From positions 2,294,001 to 2,358,000 of the forward strand of contig OZ024757.1 of assembly GCA_964016885.1 (NCBI GenBank): DNA of 64,000 nt, written 5' to 3'. A program made the translations under genes and the position numbers. The notes below the pieces were generated by a model that was not told the DNA's origin, did not search any database, and worked only from the letters and a program-made list of their open reading frames with translations. Source of the DNA: Eledone cirrhosa (lineage: Eukaryota). Below, piece by piece: positions 44,501 through 59,500 of this stretch. The first letter of the stretch is position 1; the number at the start of each line of letters is the position of its first letter.

Positions 44501-47500
44501 GAATCACTGGAGAGTCACTCCAGGTAGAGCTGTTACTTCTCTAAATTGACAGATCGCAGCTCTGATACTATGGACATGTGGTTAGAATGTCTCAGGTAAG
44601 AATCACTGGTGAGTCACTCCAGGTAGAGCTGTTACTTCTCTGAATTGACAGATCGCAGCTCTGATACTATGGACATGTGGTTAGAATGTCTCAGGTAAGA
44701 ATGACAGGTGAGTCACTCCAGGTAGAGCTGTTACTTCTCTGAATTGACAGATCGCAGCTCTGATACTATGGACATGTGGTTAGAATGTCTCAGGTAAGAA
44801 TCACTGGAGAGTCACTTCAGGTAGAGCTGTTACTTCTCTGAATTGACAGATCGCAGCTCTGATACTATGGACATGTGGTTAGAATGTCTCAGGTAAGAAT
44901 CACTGGAGAGTCACTCCAGGTAGAGCTGTTACTTCTCTGAATTGACAGATCACAGCTCTGATACTATGGGCATGTGGTTAGAATGTCTCAGGAAAGAATA
45001 ACTGGAGAGTCACTCCAGGTAGAGCTGTTACTTCTCTGAATTGACAGATCACAGCTCTGATACTATGGACATGTGGTTAGAATGTCTCAGGAAAGAATGA
45101 CTGGAGAGTCACTCCAGGTAGTGCTGCTACTTCTCTGAATTGACAGATCACAGCTCTGATCCAATGGACATGTGGTTAGAATGTCTCAGGAAAGAATCAC
45201 TGGAGAGTCACTCCAGGTAGAGCTGTTACTTCTCTGAATTGACAGATCGCAGCTCTGATACTATGGACATGTGGTTAGAATGTCTCAGGTAAGAATCACT
45301 GGAGAGTCACTCCAGGTAGAGCTGTTACTTCTCTGAATTGACAGATCACAGCTCTGATACTATGGACATGTGGTTAGAATGTCTCAGGAAAGAATGACTG
45401 GAGAGTCACTCCAGGTAGAGCTGCTACTTCTCAGAATTGACAGATCACAGCTCTGATCCTATGGACATGTGGTTAGAATGTCTCAGGAAAGAATCACTGG
45501 AGAGTCACTCCAGGTAGAGCTGTTACTTCTCTGAATGGACAGATCGCAGCTCTGATACTATGGACATGTGGTTAGAATGTCTCAGGTAAGAATCACTGGA
45601 GAGTCACTCCAGGTAGAGCTGTTACTTATCTGAATTGACAGATCGCAGCTCTGATACTATGGACATGTGGTTAGAATGTCTCAGGTAAGAATGACTGGAA
45701 AGTCACTCCAGGTAGAGCTGTTACTTCTCTGAATTGACAGATCACAGCTCTGATACTATGGACATGTGGTTAGAATGTCTCAGGAAAGAATAACTGGAGA
45801 GTCACTCCAGGTAGAGCTGTTACTTCTCTGAATTGACAGATCACAGCTCTGATACTATGGACATGTGGTTAGAATGTCTCAGGTAAGAATCACTGAAGTC
45901 TCACTGCAGGTAGAGCTGCTACTTCTCTGAATTGACAGATCACAGCTCTGATACTATGGACATGTGGTTAGAATGTCTCAGGTAAGAATCACTGGAGAGT
46001 CACTCCAGGTAGAGCTGTTACTTATCTGAATTGACAGATCGCAGCTCTGATACTATGGACATGTGGTTAGAATGTCTCAGGTAAGAATCACTGGAGAGTC
46101 ACTCCAGGTAGAGCTGTTACTTATCTGAATTGACAGATCGCAGCTCTGATACTATGGACATGTGGTTAGAATGTCTCAGGAAAGAATGACTGGAGAGTCA
46201 CTCCAGGTAGAGCTGTTACTTCTCTGAATTGACAGATCACAGCTCTGAGACTATGGACATGTGGTTAGAATGTCTCAGGAAAGAATGACTGGAGAGTCAC
46301 TCCAGGTAGAGCTGTTACTTATCTGAATTGACAGATCACAGCTCTGATACTATGGACATGTGGTTAGAATGTCTCAGGTAAGAATCACTGGAGAGTCACT
46401 CCAGGTAGAGCTGCTACTTCTCTGAATTGACAGATCACAGCTCTGATCCTATGGACATGTGGTTAGAATGTCTCAGGAAAGAATCACTGGAGAGTCACTC
46501 CAGGTAGAGCTGTTACTTCTCTGAATTGACAGATCGCAGCTCTGATACTATGGACATGTGGTTAGAATGTCTCAGGTAAGAATCACTGGAGAGTCACTCC
46601 AGGTAGAGCTGTTACTTCTCTGAATTGACAGATCACAGCTCTGATACTATGGGCATGTGGTTAGAATGTCTCAGGAAAGAATCACTGGAGAGTCACTCCA
46701 GGTAGAGCTGTTACTTCTCTGAATTGACAGATCGCAGCTCTGATACTATGGACATGTGGTTAGAATGTCTCAGGTAAGAATCACTGGAGAGTCACTCCAG
46801 GTAGAGCTGTTACTTCTCTAAATTGACAGATCGCAGCTCTGATACTATGGACATGTGGTTAGAATGTCTCAGGTAAGAATCACTGGTGAGTCACTCCAGG
46901 TAGAGCTGTTACTTCTCTGAATTGACAGATCGCAGCTCTGATACTATGGACATGTGGTTAGAATGTCTCAGGTAAGAATGACAGGTGAGTCACTCCAGGT
47001 AGAGCTGTTACTTCTCTGAATTGACAGATCGCAGCTCTGATACTATGGACATGTGGTTAGAATGTCTCAGGTAAGAATCACTGGAGAGTCACTTCAGGTA
47101 GAGCTGTTACTTCTCTGAATTGACAGATCGCAGCTCTGATACTATGGACATGTGGTTAGAATGTCTCAGGTAAGAATCACTGGAGAGTCACTCCAGGTAG
47201 AGCTGTTACTTCTCTGAATTGACAGATCACAGCTCTGATACTATGGGCATGTGGTTAGAATGTCTCAGGAAAGAATAACTGGAGAGTCACTCCAGGTAGA
47301 GCTGTTACTTCTCTGAATTGACAGATCACAGCTCTGATACTATGGACATGTGGTTAGAATGTCTCAGGAAAGAATGACTGGAGAGTCACTCCAGGTAGTG
47401 CTGCTACTTCTCTGAATTGACAGATCACAGCTCTGATCCAATGGACATGTGGTTAGAATGTCTCAGGAAAGAATCACTGGAGAGTCACTCCAGGTAGAGC

Positions 47501-50500
47501 TGTTACTTCTCTGAATTGACAGATCGCAGCTCTGATACTATGGACATGTGGTTAGAATGTCTCAGGTAAGAATCACTGGAGAGTCACTCCAGGTAGAGCT
47601 GTTACTTCTCTGAATTGACAGATCACAGCTCTGATACTATGGACATGTGGTTAGAATGTCTCAGGAAAGAATGACTGGAGAGTCACTCCAGGTAGAGCTG
47701 CTACTTCTCAGAATTGACAGATCACAGCTCTGATCCTATGGACATGTGGTTAGAATGTCTCAGGAAAGAATCACTGGAGAGTCACTCCAGGTAGAGCTGT
47801 TACTTCTCTGAATGGACAGATCGCAGCTCTGATACTATGGACATGTGGTTAGAATGTCTCAGGTAAGAATCACTGGAGAGTCACTCCAGGTAGAGCTGTT
47901 ACTTATCTGAATTGACAGATCGCAGCTCTGATACTATGGACATGTGGTTAGAATGTCTCAGGTAAGAATGACTGGAAAGTCACTCCAGGTAGAGCTGTTA
48001 CTTCTCTGAATTGACAGATCACAGCTCTGATACTATGGACATGTGGTTAGAATGTCTCAGGAAAGAATAACTGGAGAGTCACTCCAGGTAGAGCTGTTAC
48101 TTCTCTGAATTGACAGATCACAGCTCTGATACTATGGACATGTGGTTAGAATGTCTCAGGTAAGAATCACTGAAGTCTCACTGCAGGTAGAGCTGCTACT
48201 TCTCTGAATTGACAGATCACAGCTCTGATACTATGGACATGTGGTTAGAATGTCTCAGGTAAGAATCACTGGAGAGTCACTCCAGGTAGAGCTGTTACTT
48301 ATCTGAATTGACAGATCGCAGCTCTGATACTATGGACATGTGGTTAGAATGTCTCAGGTAAGAATCACTGGAGAGTCACTCCAGGTAGAGCTGTTACTTA
48401 TCTGAATTGACAGATCGCAGCTCTGATACTATGGACATGTGGTTAGAATGTCTCAGGAAAGAATGACTGGAGAGTCACTCCAGGTAGAGCTGTTACTTCT
48501 CTGAATTGACAGATCACAGCTCTGAGACTATGGACATGTGGTTAGAATGTCTCAGGAAAGAATGACTGGAGAGTCACTCCAGGTAGAGCTGTTACTTATC
48601 TGAATTGACAGATCACAGCTCTGATACTATGGACATGTGGTTAGAATGTCTCAGGTAAGAATCACTGGAGAGTCACTCCAGGTAGAGCTGCTACTTCTCT
48701 GAATTGACAGATCACAGCTCTGATCCTATGGACATGTGGTTAGAATGTCTCAGGAAAGAATCACTGGAGAGTCACTCCAGGTAGAGCTGTTACTTCTCTG
48801 AATTGACAGATCGCAGCTCTGATACTATGGACATGTGGTTAGAATGTCTCAGGTAAGAATCACTGGAGAGTCACTCCAGGTAGAGCTGTTACTTCTCTGA
48901 ATTGACAGATCGCAGCTCTGATACTATGGACATGTGGTTAGAATGTCTCAGGTAAGAATCACTGGTGAGTCACTCCAGGTAGAGCTGTTACTTCTCTGAA
49001 TTGATAGATCGCAGCTCTGATACTATGGACATGTGGTTAGAATGTCTCAGGTAAGAATCACTGGAGAGTCACTCCAGGTAGAGCTGTTACTTCTCTGAAT
49101 TGACAGATCGCAGCTCTGATACTATGGACATGTGGTTAGAATGTCTCAGGTAAGAATCACTGGAGAGTCACTCCAGGTAGAGCTGTTACTTCTCTGAATT
49201 GACAGATCACAGCTCTGATACTATGGACATGTGGTTAGAATGTCTCAGGTAAGAATCACTGAAGTCTCACTCCAGGTAGAGCTGCTACTTCTCTGAATTG
49301 ACAGATCACAGCTCTGATACTATGGACATGTGGTTAGAATTTGTCAGGAAAGAATCACTGGTGAGTCACTCCAGGTAGAGCTGTTACTTCTCTGAATTGA
49401 CAGATCGCAGCTCTGATACTATGGACATGTGGTTAGAATGTCTCAGGTAAGAATCACTGGAGAGTCACTCCAGGTAGAGCTGTTACTTCTCAGAATTGAC
49501 AGATCACAGCTCTGATACTATGGACATGTGGTTAGAATGTCTCAGGAAAGAATGACTGGAGAGTCACTCCAGGTAGAGCTGTTACTTCTCTGAATTGACA
49601 GATCACAGCTCTGATACTATGGACATGTGGTTAGAATGTCTCAGGAAAGAATGACTGGAGAGTCACTCCAGGTAGAGCTGCTACTTCTCTGTATTGACAG
49701 ATCACAGCTCTGATCCAATGGACATGTGGTTAGAATGTCTCAGGAAAGAATCACTGGAGAGTCACTCCAGGTAGAGCTGTTACTTCTCTGAATTGACAGA
49801 TCGCAGCTCTGATACTATGGACATGTGGTTAGAATGTCTCAGGTAAGAATCACTGGAGGGTCACTCCAGGTAGAGCTGTTACTTCTCTGAATTGACAGAT
49901 CGCAGCTCTGATACTATGGACATGTGGTTAGAATGTCTCAGGTAAGAATCACTGGAGAGTCACTCCAGGTAGAGCTGTTACTTCTCTGAATTGACAGATC
50001 GCAGCTCTGATACTATGGACATGTGGTTAGAATGTCTCAGGTAAGAATCACTGGTGAGTCACTCCAGGTAGAGCTGTTACTTCTCTGAATTGACAGATCG
50101 CAGCTCTGATACTATGGACATGTGGTTAGAATGTCTCAGGTAAGAATCACTGGTGAGTCACTCCAGGTAGAGCTGTTACTTCTCTGAATTGATAGATCGC
50201 AGCTCTGATACTATGGACATGTGGTTAGAATGTCTCAGGTAAGAATCACTGGAGAGTCACTCCAGGTAGAGCTGTTACTTCTCTGAATTGACAGATCGCA
50301 GCTCTGATACTATGGACATGTGGTTAGAATGTCTCAGGTAAGAATCACTGGAGAGTCACTCCAGGTAGAGCTGTTACTTCTCTGAATTGACAGATCGCAG
50401 CTCTGATACTATGGACATGTGGTTAGAATGTCTCAGGAAAGAATCACTGGAGAGTCACTCCAGGTAGAGCTGTTACTTCTCTGAATTGAGAGATCACAGC

Positions 50501-53500
50501 TTTGATACTATGGACATGTGGTTAGAATGTCTCAGGAAAGAATAACTGGAGAGTCACTCCAGGTAGAGCTGTTACTTCTCTGAATTGACAGATCACAGCT
50601 CTGATACTATGGACATGTGGTTAGAATGTCTCAGGTAAGAATCACTGAAGTCTCACTCCAGGTAGAGCTGCTACTTCTCTGAATTGACAGATCACAGCTC
50701 TGATACTATGGACATGTGGTTAGAATTTGTCAGGAAAGAATCACTGGAGAGTCACTCCAGGTAGAGCTGTTACTTCTCTGAATTGACAGATCACAGCTCT
50801 GATACTATGGACATGTGGTTAGAATGTCTCAGGAAAGAATGACTGGAGAGTCACTCCAGGTAGAGCTGCTACTTCTCTGAATTGACAGATCACAGCTCTG
50901 ATCCAATGGACATGTGGTTAGAATGTCTCAGGAAAGAATCACTGGAGAGTCACTCCAGGTAGAGCTGTTACTTATCTGAATTGACAGATCGCAGCTCTGA
51001 TACTATGGACATGTGGTTAGAATGTCTCAGGAAAGAATGACTGGAGAGTCACTCCAGGTAGAGCTGTTACTTCTCTGAATTGACAGATCACAGCTCTGAT
51101 ACTATGGACATGTGGTTAGAATGTCTCAGGTAAGAATCACTGGAGAGTCACTCCAGGTAGAGCTGTTACTTCTCTAAATTGACAGATCGCAGCTCTGATA
51201 CTATGGACATGTGGTTAGAATGTCTCAGGTAAGAATCACTGGTGAGTCACTCCAGGTAGAGCTGTTACTTCTCTGAATTGACAGATCGCAGCTCTGATAC
51301 TATGGACATGTGGTTAGAATGTCTCAGGTAAGAATGACAGGTGAGTCACTCCAGGTAGAGCTGTTACTTCTCTGAATTGACAGATCGCAGCTCTGATACT
51401 ATGGACATGTGGTTAGAATGTCTCAGGTAAGAATCACTGGAGAGTCACTTCAGGTAGAGCTGTTACTTCTCTGAATTGACAGATCGCAGCTCTGATACTA
51501 TGGACATGTGGTTAGAATGTCTCAGGTAAGAATCACTGGAGAGTCACTCCAGGTAGAGCTGTTACTTCTCTGAATTGACAGATCACAGCTCTGATACTAT
51601 GGGCATGTGGTTAGAATGTCTCAGGAAAGAATAACTGGAGAGTCACTCCAGGTAGAGCTGTTACTTCTCTGAATTGACAGATCACAGCTCTGATACTATG
51701 GACATGTGGTTAGAATGTCTCAGGAAAGAATGACTGGAGAGTCACTCCAGGTAGTGCTGCTACTTCTCTGAATTGACAGATCACAGCTCTGATCCAATGG
51801 ACATGTGGTTAGAATGTCTCAGGAAAGAATCACTGGAGAGTCACTCCAGGTAGAGCTGTTACTTCTCTGAATTGACAGATCGCAGCTCTGATACTATGGA
51901 CATGTGGTTAGAATGTCTCAGGTAAGAATCACTGGAGAGTCACTCCAGGTAGAGCTGTTACTTCTCTGAATTGACAGATCACAGCTCTGATACTATGGAC
52001 ATGTGGTTAGAATGTCTCAGGAAAGAATGACTGGAGAGTCACTCCAGGTAGAGCTGCTACTTCTCAGAATTGACAGATCACAGCTCTGATCCTATGGACA
52101 TGTGGTTAGAATGTCTCAGGAAAGAATCACTGGAGAGTCACTCCAGGTAGAGCTGTTACTTCTCTGAATGGACAGATCGCAGCTCTGATACTATGGACAT
52201 GTGGTTAGAATGTCTCAGGTAAGAATCACTGGAGAGTCACTCCAGGTAGAGCTGTTACTTATCTGAATTGACAGATCGCAGCTCTGATACTATGGACATG
52301 TGGTTAGAATGTCTCAGGTAAGAATGACTGGAAAGTCACTCCAGGTAGAGCTGTTACTTCTCTGAATTGACAGATCACAGCTCTGATACTATGGACATGT
52401 GGTTAGAATGTCTCAGGAAAGAATAACTGGAGAGTCACTCCAGGTAGAGCTGTTACTTCTCTGAATTGACAGATCACAGCTCTGATACTATGGACATGTG
52501 GTTAGAATGTCTCAGGTAAGAATCACTGAAGTCTCACTGCAGGTAGAGCTGCTACTTCTCTGAATTGACAGATCACAGCTCTGATACTATGGACATGTGG
52601 TTAGAATGTCTCAGGTAAGAATCACTGGAGAGTCACTCCAGGTAGAGCTGTTACTTATCTGAATTGACAGATCGCAGCTCTGATACTATGGACATGTGGT
52701 TAGAATGTCTCAGGTAAGAATCACTGGAGAGTCACTCCAGGTAGAGCTGTTACTTCTCTGAATTGACAGATCGCAGCTCTGATACTATGGACATGTGGTT
52801 AGAATGTCTCAGGTAAGAATCACTGGAGAGTCACTCCAGGTAGAGCTGTTACTTCTCTGAATTGACAGATCGCAGCTCTGATACTATGGACATGTGGTTA
52901 GAATGTCTCAGGAAAGAATCACTGGAGAGTCACTCCAGGTAGAGCTGTTACTTCTCTGAATTGAGAGATCACAGCTTTGATACTATGGACATGTGGTTAG
53001 AATGTCTCAGGAAAGAATAACTGGAGAGTCACTCCAGGTAGAGCTGTTACTTCTCTGAATTGACAGATCACAGCTCTGATACTATGGACATGTGGTTAGA
53101 ATGTCTCAGGTAAGAATCATTGAAGTCTCACTCCAGGTAGAGCTGCTACTTCTCTGAATTGACAGATCACAGCTCTGATACTATGGACATGTGGTTAGAA
53201 TTTGTCAGGAAAGAATCACTGGAGAGCCACTCCAGGTAGAGCTGTTACTTCTCTGAATTGACAGATCACAGCTCTGATACTATGGACATGTGGTTAGAAT
53301 GTCTCAGGAAAGAATGACTGGAGAGTCACTCCAGGTAGAGCTGCTACTTCTCTGAATTGACAGATCACAGCTCTGATCCAATGGACATGTGGTTAGAATG
53401 TCTCAGGAAAGAATCACTGGAGAGTCACTCCAGGTAGAGCTGTTACTTATCTGAATTGACAGATCGCAGCTCTGATACTATGGACATGTGGTTAGAATGT

Positions 53501-56500
53501 CTCAGGAAAGAATGACTGGAGAGTCACTCCAGGTAGAGCTGTTACTTCTCTGAATTGACAGATCACAGCTCTGATACTATGGACATGTGGTTAGAATGTC
53601 TCAGGTAAGAATCACTGGAGAGTCACTCCAGGTAGAGCTGTTACTTCTCTAAATTGACAGATCGCAGCTCTGATACTATGGACATGTGGTTAGAATGTCT
53701 CAGGTAAGAATCACTGGTGAGTCACTCCAGGTAGAGCTGTTACTTCTCTGAATTGACAGATCGCAGCTCTGATACTATGGACATGTGGTTAGAATGTCTC
53801 AGGTAAGAATGACAGGTGAGTCACTCCAGGTAGAGCTGTTACTTCTCTGAATTGACAGATCGCAGCTCTGATACTATGGACATGTGGTTAGAATGTCTCA
53901 GGTAAGAATCACTGGAGAGTCACTTCAGGTAGAGCTGTTACTTCTCTGAATTGACAGATCGCAGCTCTGATACTATGGACATGTGGTTAGAATGTCTCAG
54001 GTAAGAATCACTGGAGAGTCACTCCAGGTAGAGCTGTTACTTCTCTGAATTGACAGATCACAGCTCTGATACTATGGGCATGTGGTTAGAATGTCTCAGG
54101 AAAGAATAACTGGAGAGTCACTCCAGGTAGAGCTGTTACTTCTCTGAATTGACAGATCACAGCTCTGATACTATGGACATGTGGTTAGAATGTCTCAGGA
54201 AAGAATGACTGGAGAGTCACTCCAGGTAGTGCTGCTACTTCTCTGAATTGACAGATCACAGCTCTGATCCAATGGACATGTGGTTAGAATGTCTCAGGAA
54301 AGAATCACTGGAGAGTCACTCCAGGTAGAGCTGTTACTTCTCTGAATTGACAGATCGCAGCTCTGATACTATGGACATGTGGTTAGAATGTCTCAGGTAA
54401 GAATCACTGGAGAGTCACTCCAGGTAGAGCTGTTACTTCTCTGAATTGACAGATCACAGCTCTGATACTATGGACATGTGGTTAGAATGTCTCAGGAAAG
54501 AATGACTGGAGAGTCACTCCAGGTAGAGCTGCTACTTCTCAGAATTGACAGATCACAGCTCTGATCCTATGGACATGTGGTTAGAATGTCTCAGGAAAGA
54601 ATCACTGGAGAGTCACTCCAGGTAGAGCTGTTACTTCTCTGAATGGACAGATCGCAGCTCTGATACTATGGACATGTGGTTAGAATGTCTCAGGTAAGAA
54701 TCACTGGAGAGTCACTCCAGGTAGAGCTGTTACTTATCTGAATTGACAGATCGCAGCTCTGATACTATGGACATGTGGTTAGAATGTCTCAGGTAAGAAT
54801 GACTGGAAAGTCACTCCAGGTAGAGCTGTTACTTCTCTGAATTGACAGATCACAGCTCTGATACTATGGACATGTGGTTAGAATGTCTCAGGAAAGAATA
54901 ACTGGAGAGTCACTCCAGGTAGAGCTGTTACTTCTCTGAATTGACAGATCACAGCTCTGATACTATGGACATGTGGTTAGAATGTCTCAGGTAAGAATCA
55001 CTGAAGTCTCACTGCAGGTAGAGCTGCTACTTCTCTGAATTGACAGATCACAGCTCTGATACTATGGACATGTGGTTAGAATGTCTCAGGTAAGAATCAC
55101 TGGAGAGTCACTCCAGGTAGAGCTGTTACTTATCTGAATTGACAGATCGCAGCTCTGATACTATGGACATGTGGTTAGAATGTCTCAGGTAAGAATCACT
55201 GGAGAGTCACTCCAGGTAGAGCTGTTACTTATCTGAATTGACAGATCGCAGCTCTGATACTATGGACATGTGGTTAGAATGTCTCAGGAAAGAATGACTG
55301 GAGAGTCACTCCAGGTAGAGCTGTTACTTCTCTGAATTGACAGATCACAGCTCTGAGACTATGGACATGTGGTTAGAATGTCTCAGGAAAGAATGACTGG
55401 AGAGTCACTCCAGGTAGAGCTGTTACTTATCTGAATTGACAGATCACAGCTCTGATACTATGGACATGTGGTTAGAATGTCTCAGGTAAGAATCACTGGA
55501 GAGTCACTCCAGGTAGAGCTGCTACTTCTCTGAATTGACAGATCACAGCTCTGATCCTATGGACATGTGGTTAGAATGTCTCAGGAAAGAATCACTGGAG
55601 AGTCACTCCAGGTAGAGCTGTTACTTCTCTGAATTGACAGATCGCAGCTCTGATACTATGGACATGTGGTTAGAATGTCTCAGGTAAGAATCACTGGAGA
55701 GTCACTCCAGGTAGAGCTGTTACTTCTCTGAATTGACAGATCGCAGCTCTGATACTATGGACATGTGGTTAGAATGTCTCAGGTAAGAATCACTGGTGAG
55801 TCACTCCAGGTAGAGCTGTTACTTCTCTGAATTGATAGATCGCAGCTCTGATACTATGGACATGTGGTTAGAATGTCTCAGGTAAGAATCACTGGAGAGT
55901 CACTCCAGGTAGAGCTGTTACTTCTCTGAATTGACAGATCGCAGCTCTGATACTATGGACATGTGGTTAGAATGTCTCAGGTAAGAATCACTGGAGAGTC
56001 ACTCCAGGTAGAGCTGTTACTTCTCTGAATTGACAGATCACAGCTCTGATACTATGGACATGTGGTTAGAATGTCTCAGGTAAGAATCACTGAAGTCTCA
56101 CTCCAGGTAGAGCTGCTACTTCTCTGAATTGACAGATCACAGCTCTGATACTATGGACATGTGGTTAGAATTTGTCAGGAAAGAATCACTGGTGAGTCAC
56201 TCCAGGTAGAGCTGTTACTTCTCTGAATTGACAGATCGCAGCTCTGATACTATGGACATGTGGTTAGAATGTCTCAGGTAAGAATCACTGGAGAGTCACT
56301 CCAGGTAGAGCTGTTACTTCTCAGAATTGACAGATCACAGCTCTGATACTATGGACATGTGGTTAGAATGTCTCAGGAAAGAATGACTGGAGAGTCACTC
56401 CAGGTAGAGCTGTTACTTCTCTGAATTGACAGATCACAGCTCTGATACTATGGACATGTGGTTAGAATGTCTCAGGAAAGAATGACTGGAGAGTCACTCC

Positions 56501-59500
56501 AGGTAGAGCTGCTACTTCTCTGTATTGACAGATCACAGCTCTGATCCAATGGACATGTGGTTAGAATGTCTCAGGAAAGAATCACTGGAGAGTCACTCCA
56601 GGTAGAGCTGTTACTTCTCTGAATTGACAGATCGCAGCTCTGATACTATGGACATGTGGTTAGAATGTCTCAGGTAAGAATCACTGGAGGGTCACTCCAG
56701 GTAGAGCTGTTACTTCTCTGAATTGACAGATCGCAGCTCTGATACTATGGACATGTGGTTAGAATGTCTCAGGTAAGAATCACTGGAGAGTCACTCCAGG
56801 TAGAGCTGTTACTTCTCTGAATTGACAGATCGCAGCTCTGATACTATGGACATGTGGTTAGAATGTCTCAGGTAAGAATCACTGGTGAGTCACTCCAGGT
56901 AGAGCTGTTACTTCTCTGAATTGACAGATCGCAGCTCTGATACTATGGACATGTGGTTAGAATGTCTCAGGTAAGAATCACTGGTGAGTCACTCCAGGTA
57001 GAGCTGTTACTTCTCTGAATTGATAGATCGCAGCTCTGATACTATGGACATGTGGTTAGAATGTCTCAGGTAAGAATCACTGGAGAGTCACTCCAGGTAG
57101 AGCTGTTACTTCTCTGAATTGACAGATCGCAGCTCTGATACTATGGACATGTGGTTAGAATGTCTCAGGTAAGAATCACTGGAGAGTCACTCCAGGTAGA
57201 GCTGTTACTTCTCTGAATTGACAGATCGCAGCTCTGATACTATGGACATGTGGTTAGAATGTCTCAGGAAAGAATCACTGGAGAGTCACTCCAGGTAGAG
57301 CTGTTACTTCTCTGAATTGAGAGATCACAGCTTTGATACTATGGACATGTGGTTAGAATGTCTCAGGAAAGAATAACTGGAGAGTCACTCCAGGTAGAGC
57401 TGTTACTTCTCTGAATTGACAGATCACAGCTCTGATACTATGGACATGTGGTTAGAATGTCTCAGGTAAGAATCACTGAAGTCTCACTCCAGGTAGAGCT
57501 GCTACTTCTCTGAATTGACAGATCACAGCTCTGATACTATGGACATGTGGTTAGAATTTGTCAGGAAAGAATCACTGGAGAGCCACTCCAGGTAGAGCTG
57601 TTACTTCTCTGAATTGACAGATCACAGCTCTGATACTATGGACATGTGGTTAGAATGTCTCAGGAAAGAATGACTGGAGAGTCACTCCAGGTAGAGCTGC
57701 TACTTCTCTGAATTGACAGATCACAGCTCTGATCCAATGGACATGTGGTTAGAATGTCTCAGGAAAGAATCACTGGAGAGTCACTCCAGGTAGAGCTGTT
57801 ACTTATCTGAATTGACAGATCGCAGCTCTGATACTATGGACATGTGGTTAGAATGTCTCAGGAAAGAATGACTGGAGAGTCACTCCAGGTAGAGCTGTTA
57901 CTTCTCTGAATTGACAGATCACAGCTCTGATACTATGGACATGTGGTTAGAATGTCTCAGGAAAGAATGACTGGAGAGTCACTCCAGGTAGAGCTGTTAC
58001 TTCTCTGAATTGACAGATCGCAGCTCTGATACTATGGACATGTGGTTAGAATGTCTCAGGTAAGAATCACTGGAGAGTCACTCCAGGTAGAGCTGTTACT
58101 TCTCTGAATTGACAGATCCCAGCTCTGATACTATGGGCATGTGGTTAGAATGTCTCAGGAAAGAATAACTGGAGAGTCACTCCAGGTAGAGCTGTTACTT
58201 CTCTGAATTGACAGATCACAGCTCTGATACTATGGACATGTGGTTAGAATGTCTCAGGTAAGAATCACTGAAGTCTCACTCCAGGTAGAGCTGCTACTTC
58301 TCTGAATTGACAGATCACAGCTCTGATACTATGGACATGTGGTTAGAATTTGTCAGGAAAGAATCACTGGAGAGTCACTCCAGGTAGAGCTGTTACTTCT
58401 CTGAATTGACAGATCGCAGCTCTGATACTATGGACATGTGGTTAGAATGTCTCAGGTAAGAATCACTGGAGAGTCACTCCAGGTAGAGCTGTTACTTCTC
58501 AGAATTGACAGATCACAGCTCTGATACTATGGATATGTGGTTAGAATGTCTCAGGAAAGAATGACTGGAGAGTCACTCCAGGTAGAGCTGCTACTTCTCT
58601 GAATTGACAGATCACAGCTCTGATCCAATGGACATGTGGTTAGAATGTCTCAGGAAAGAATCACTGGAGAGTCACTCCAGGTAGAGCTGTTACTTCTCTG
58701 AATTGACAGATCGCAGCTCTGATACTATGGACATGTGGTTAGAATGTCTCAGGTAAGAATCACTGGAGAGTCACTCCAGGTAGAGCTGTTACTTCTCTGA
58801 ATTGACAGATCACAGCTCTGATACTATGGACATGTGGTTAGAATGTCTCAGGAAAGAATGACTGGAGAGTCACTCCAGGTAGAGCTGCTACTTCTCTGAA
58901 TTGACAGATCACAGCTCTGATCCTATGGACATGTGGTTAGAATTTGTCAGGAAAGAATCACTGGAGAGTCACTCCAGGTAGAGCTGTTACTTCTCTGAAT
59001 TGACAGATCGCAGCTCTGATACTATGGACATGTGGTTAGAATGTCTCAGGTAAGAATCACTGGAGAGTCACTCCAGGTAGAGCTGTTACTTATCTGAATT
59101 GACAGATCGCAGCTCTGATACTATGGACATGTGGTTAGAATGTCTCAGGAAAGAATGACTGGAGAGTCACTCCAGGTAGAGCTGTTACTTCTCTGAATTG
59201 ACAGATCACAGCTCTGATACTATGGACATGTGGTTAGAATGTCTCAGGAAAGAATGACTGGAGAGTCACTCCAGGTAGAGCTGCTACTTCTCTGAATTGA
59301 CAGATCACATCTCTGATCCTATGGACATGTGGTTAGAATGTCTCAGGAAAGAATCACTGGAGAGTCACTCCAGGTAGAGCTGTTACTTCTCTGAATTGAC
59401 AGATCGCAGCTCTGATACTATGGACATGTGGTTAGAATGTCTCAGGTAAGAATCACTGGAGAGTCACTCCAGGTAGAGCTGTTACTTCTCTGAATTGACA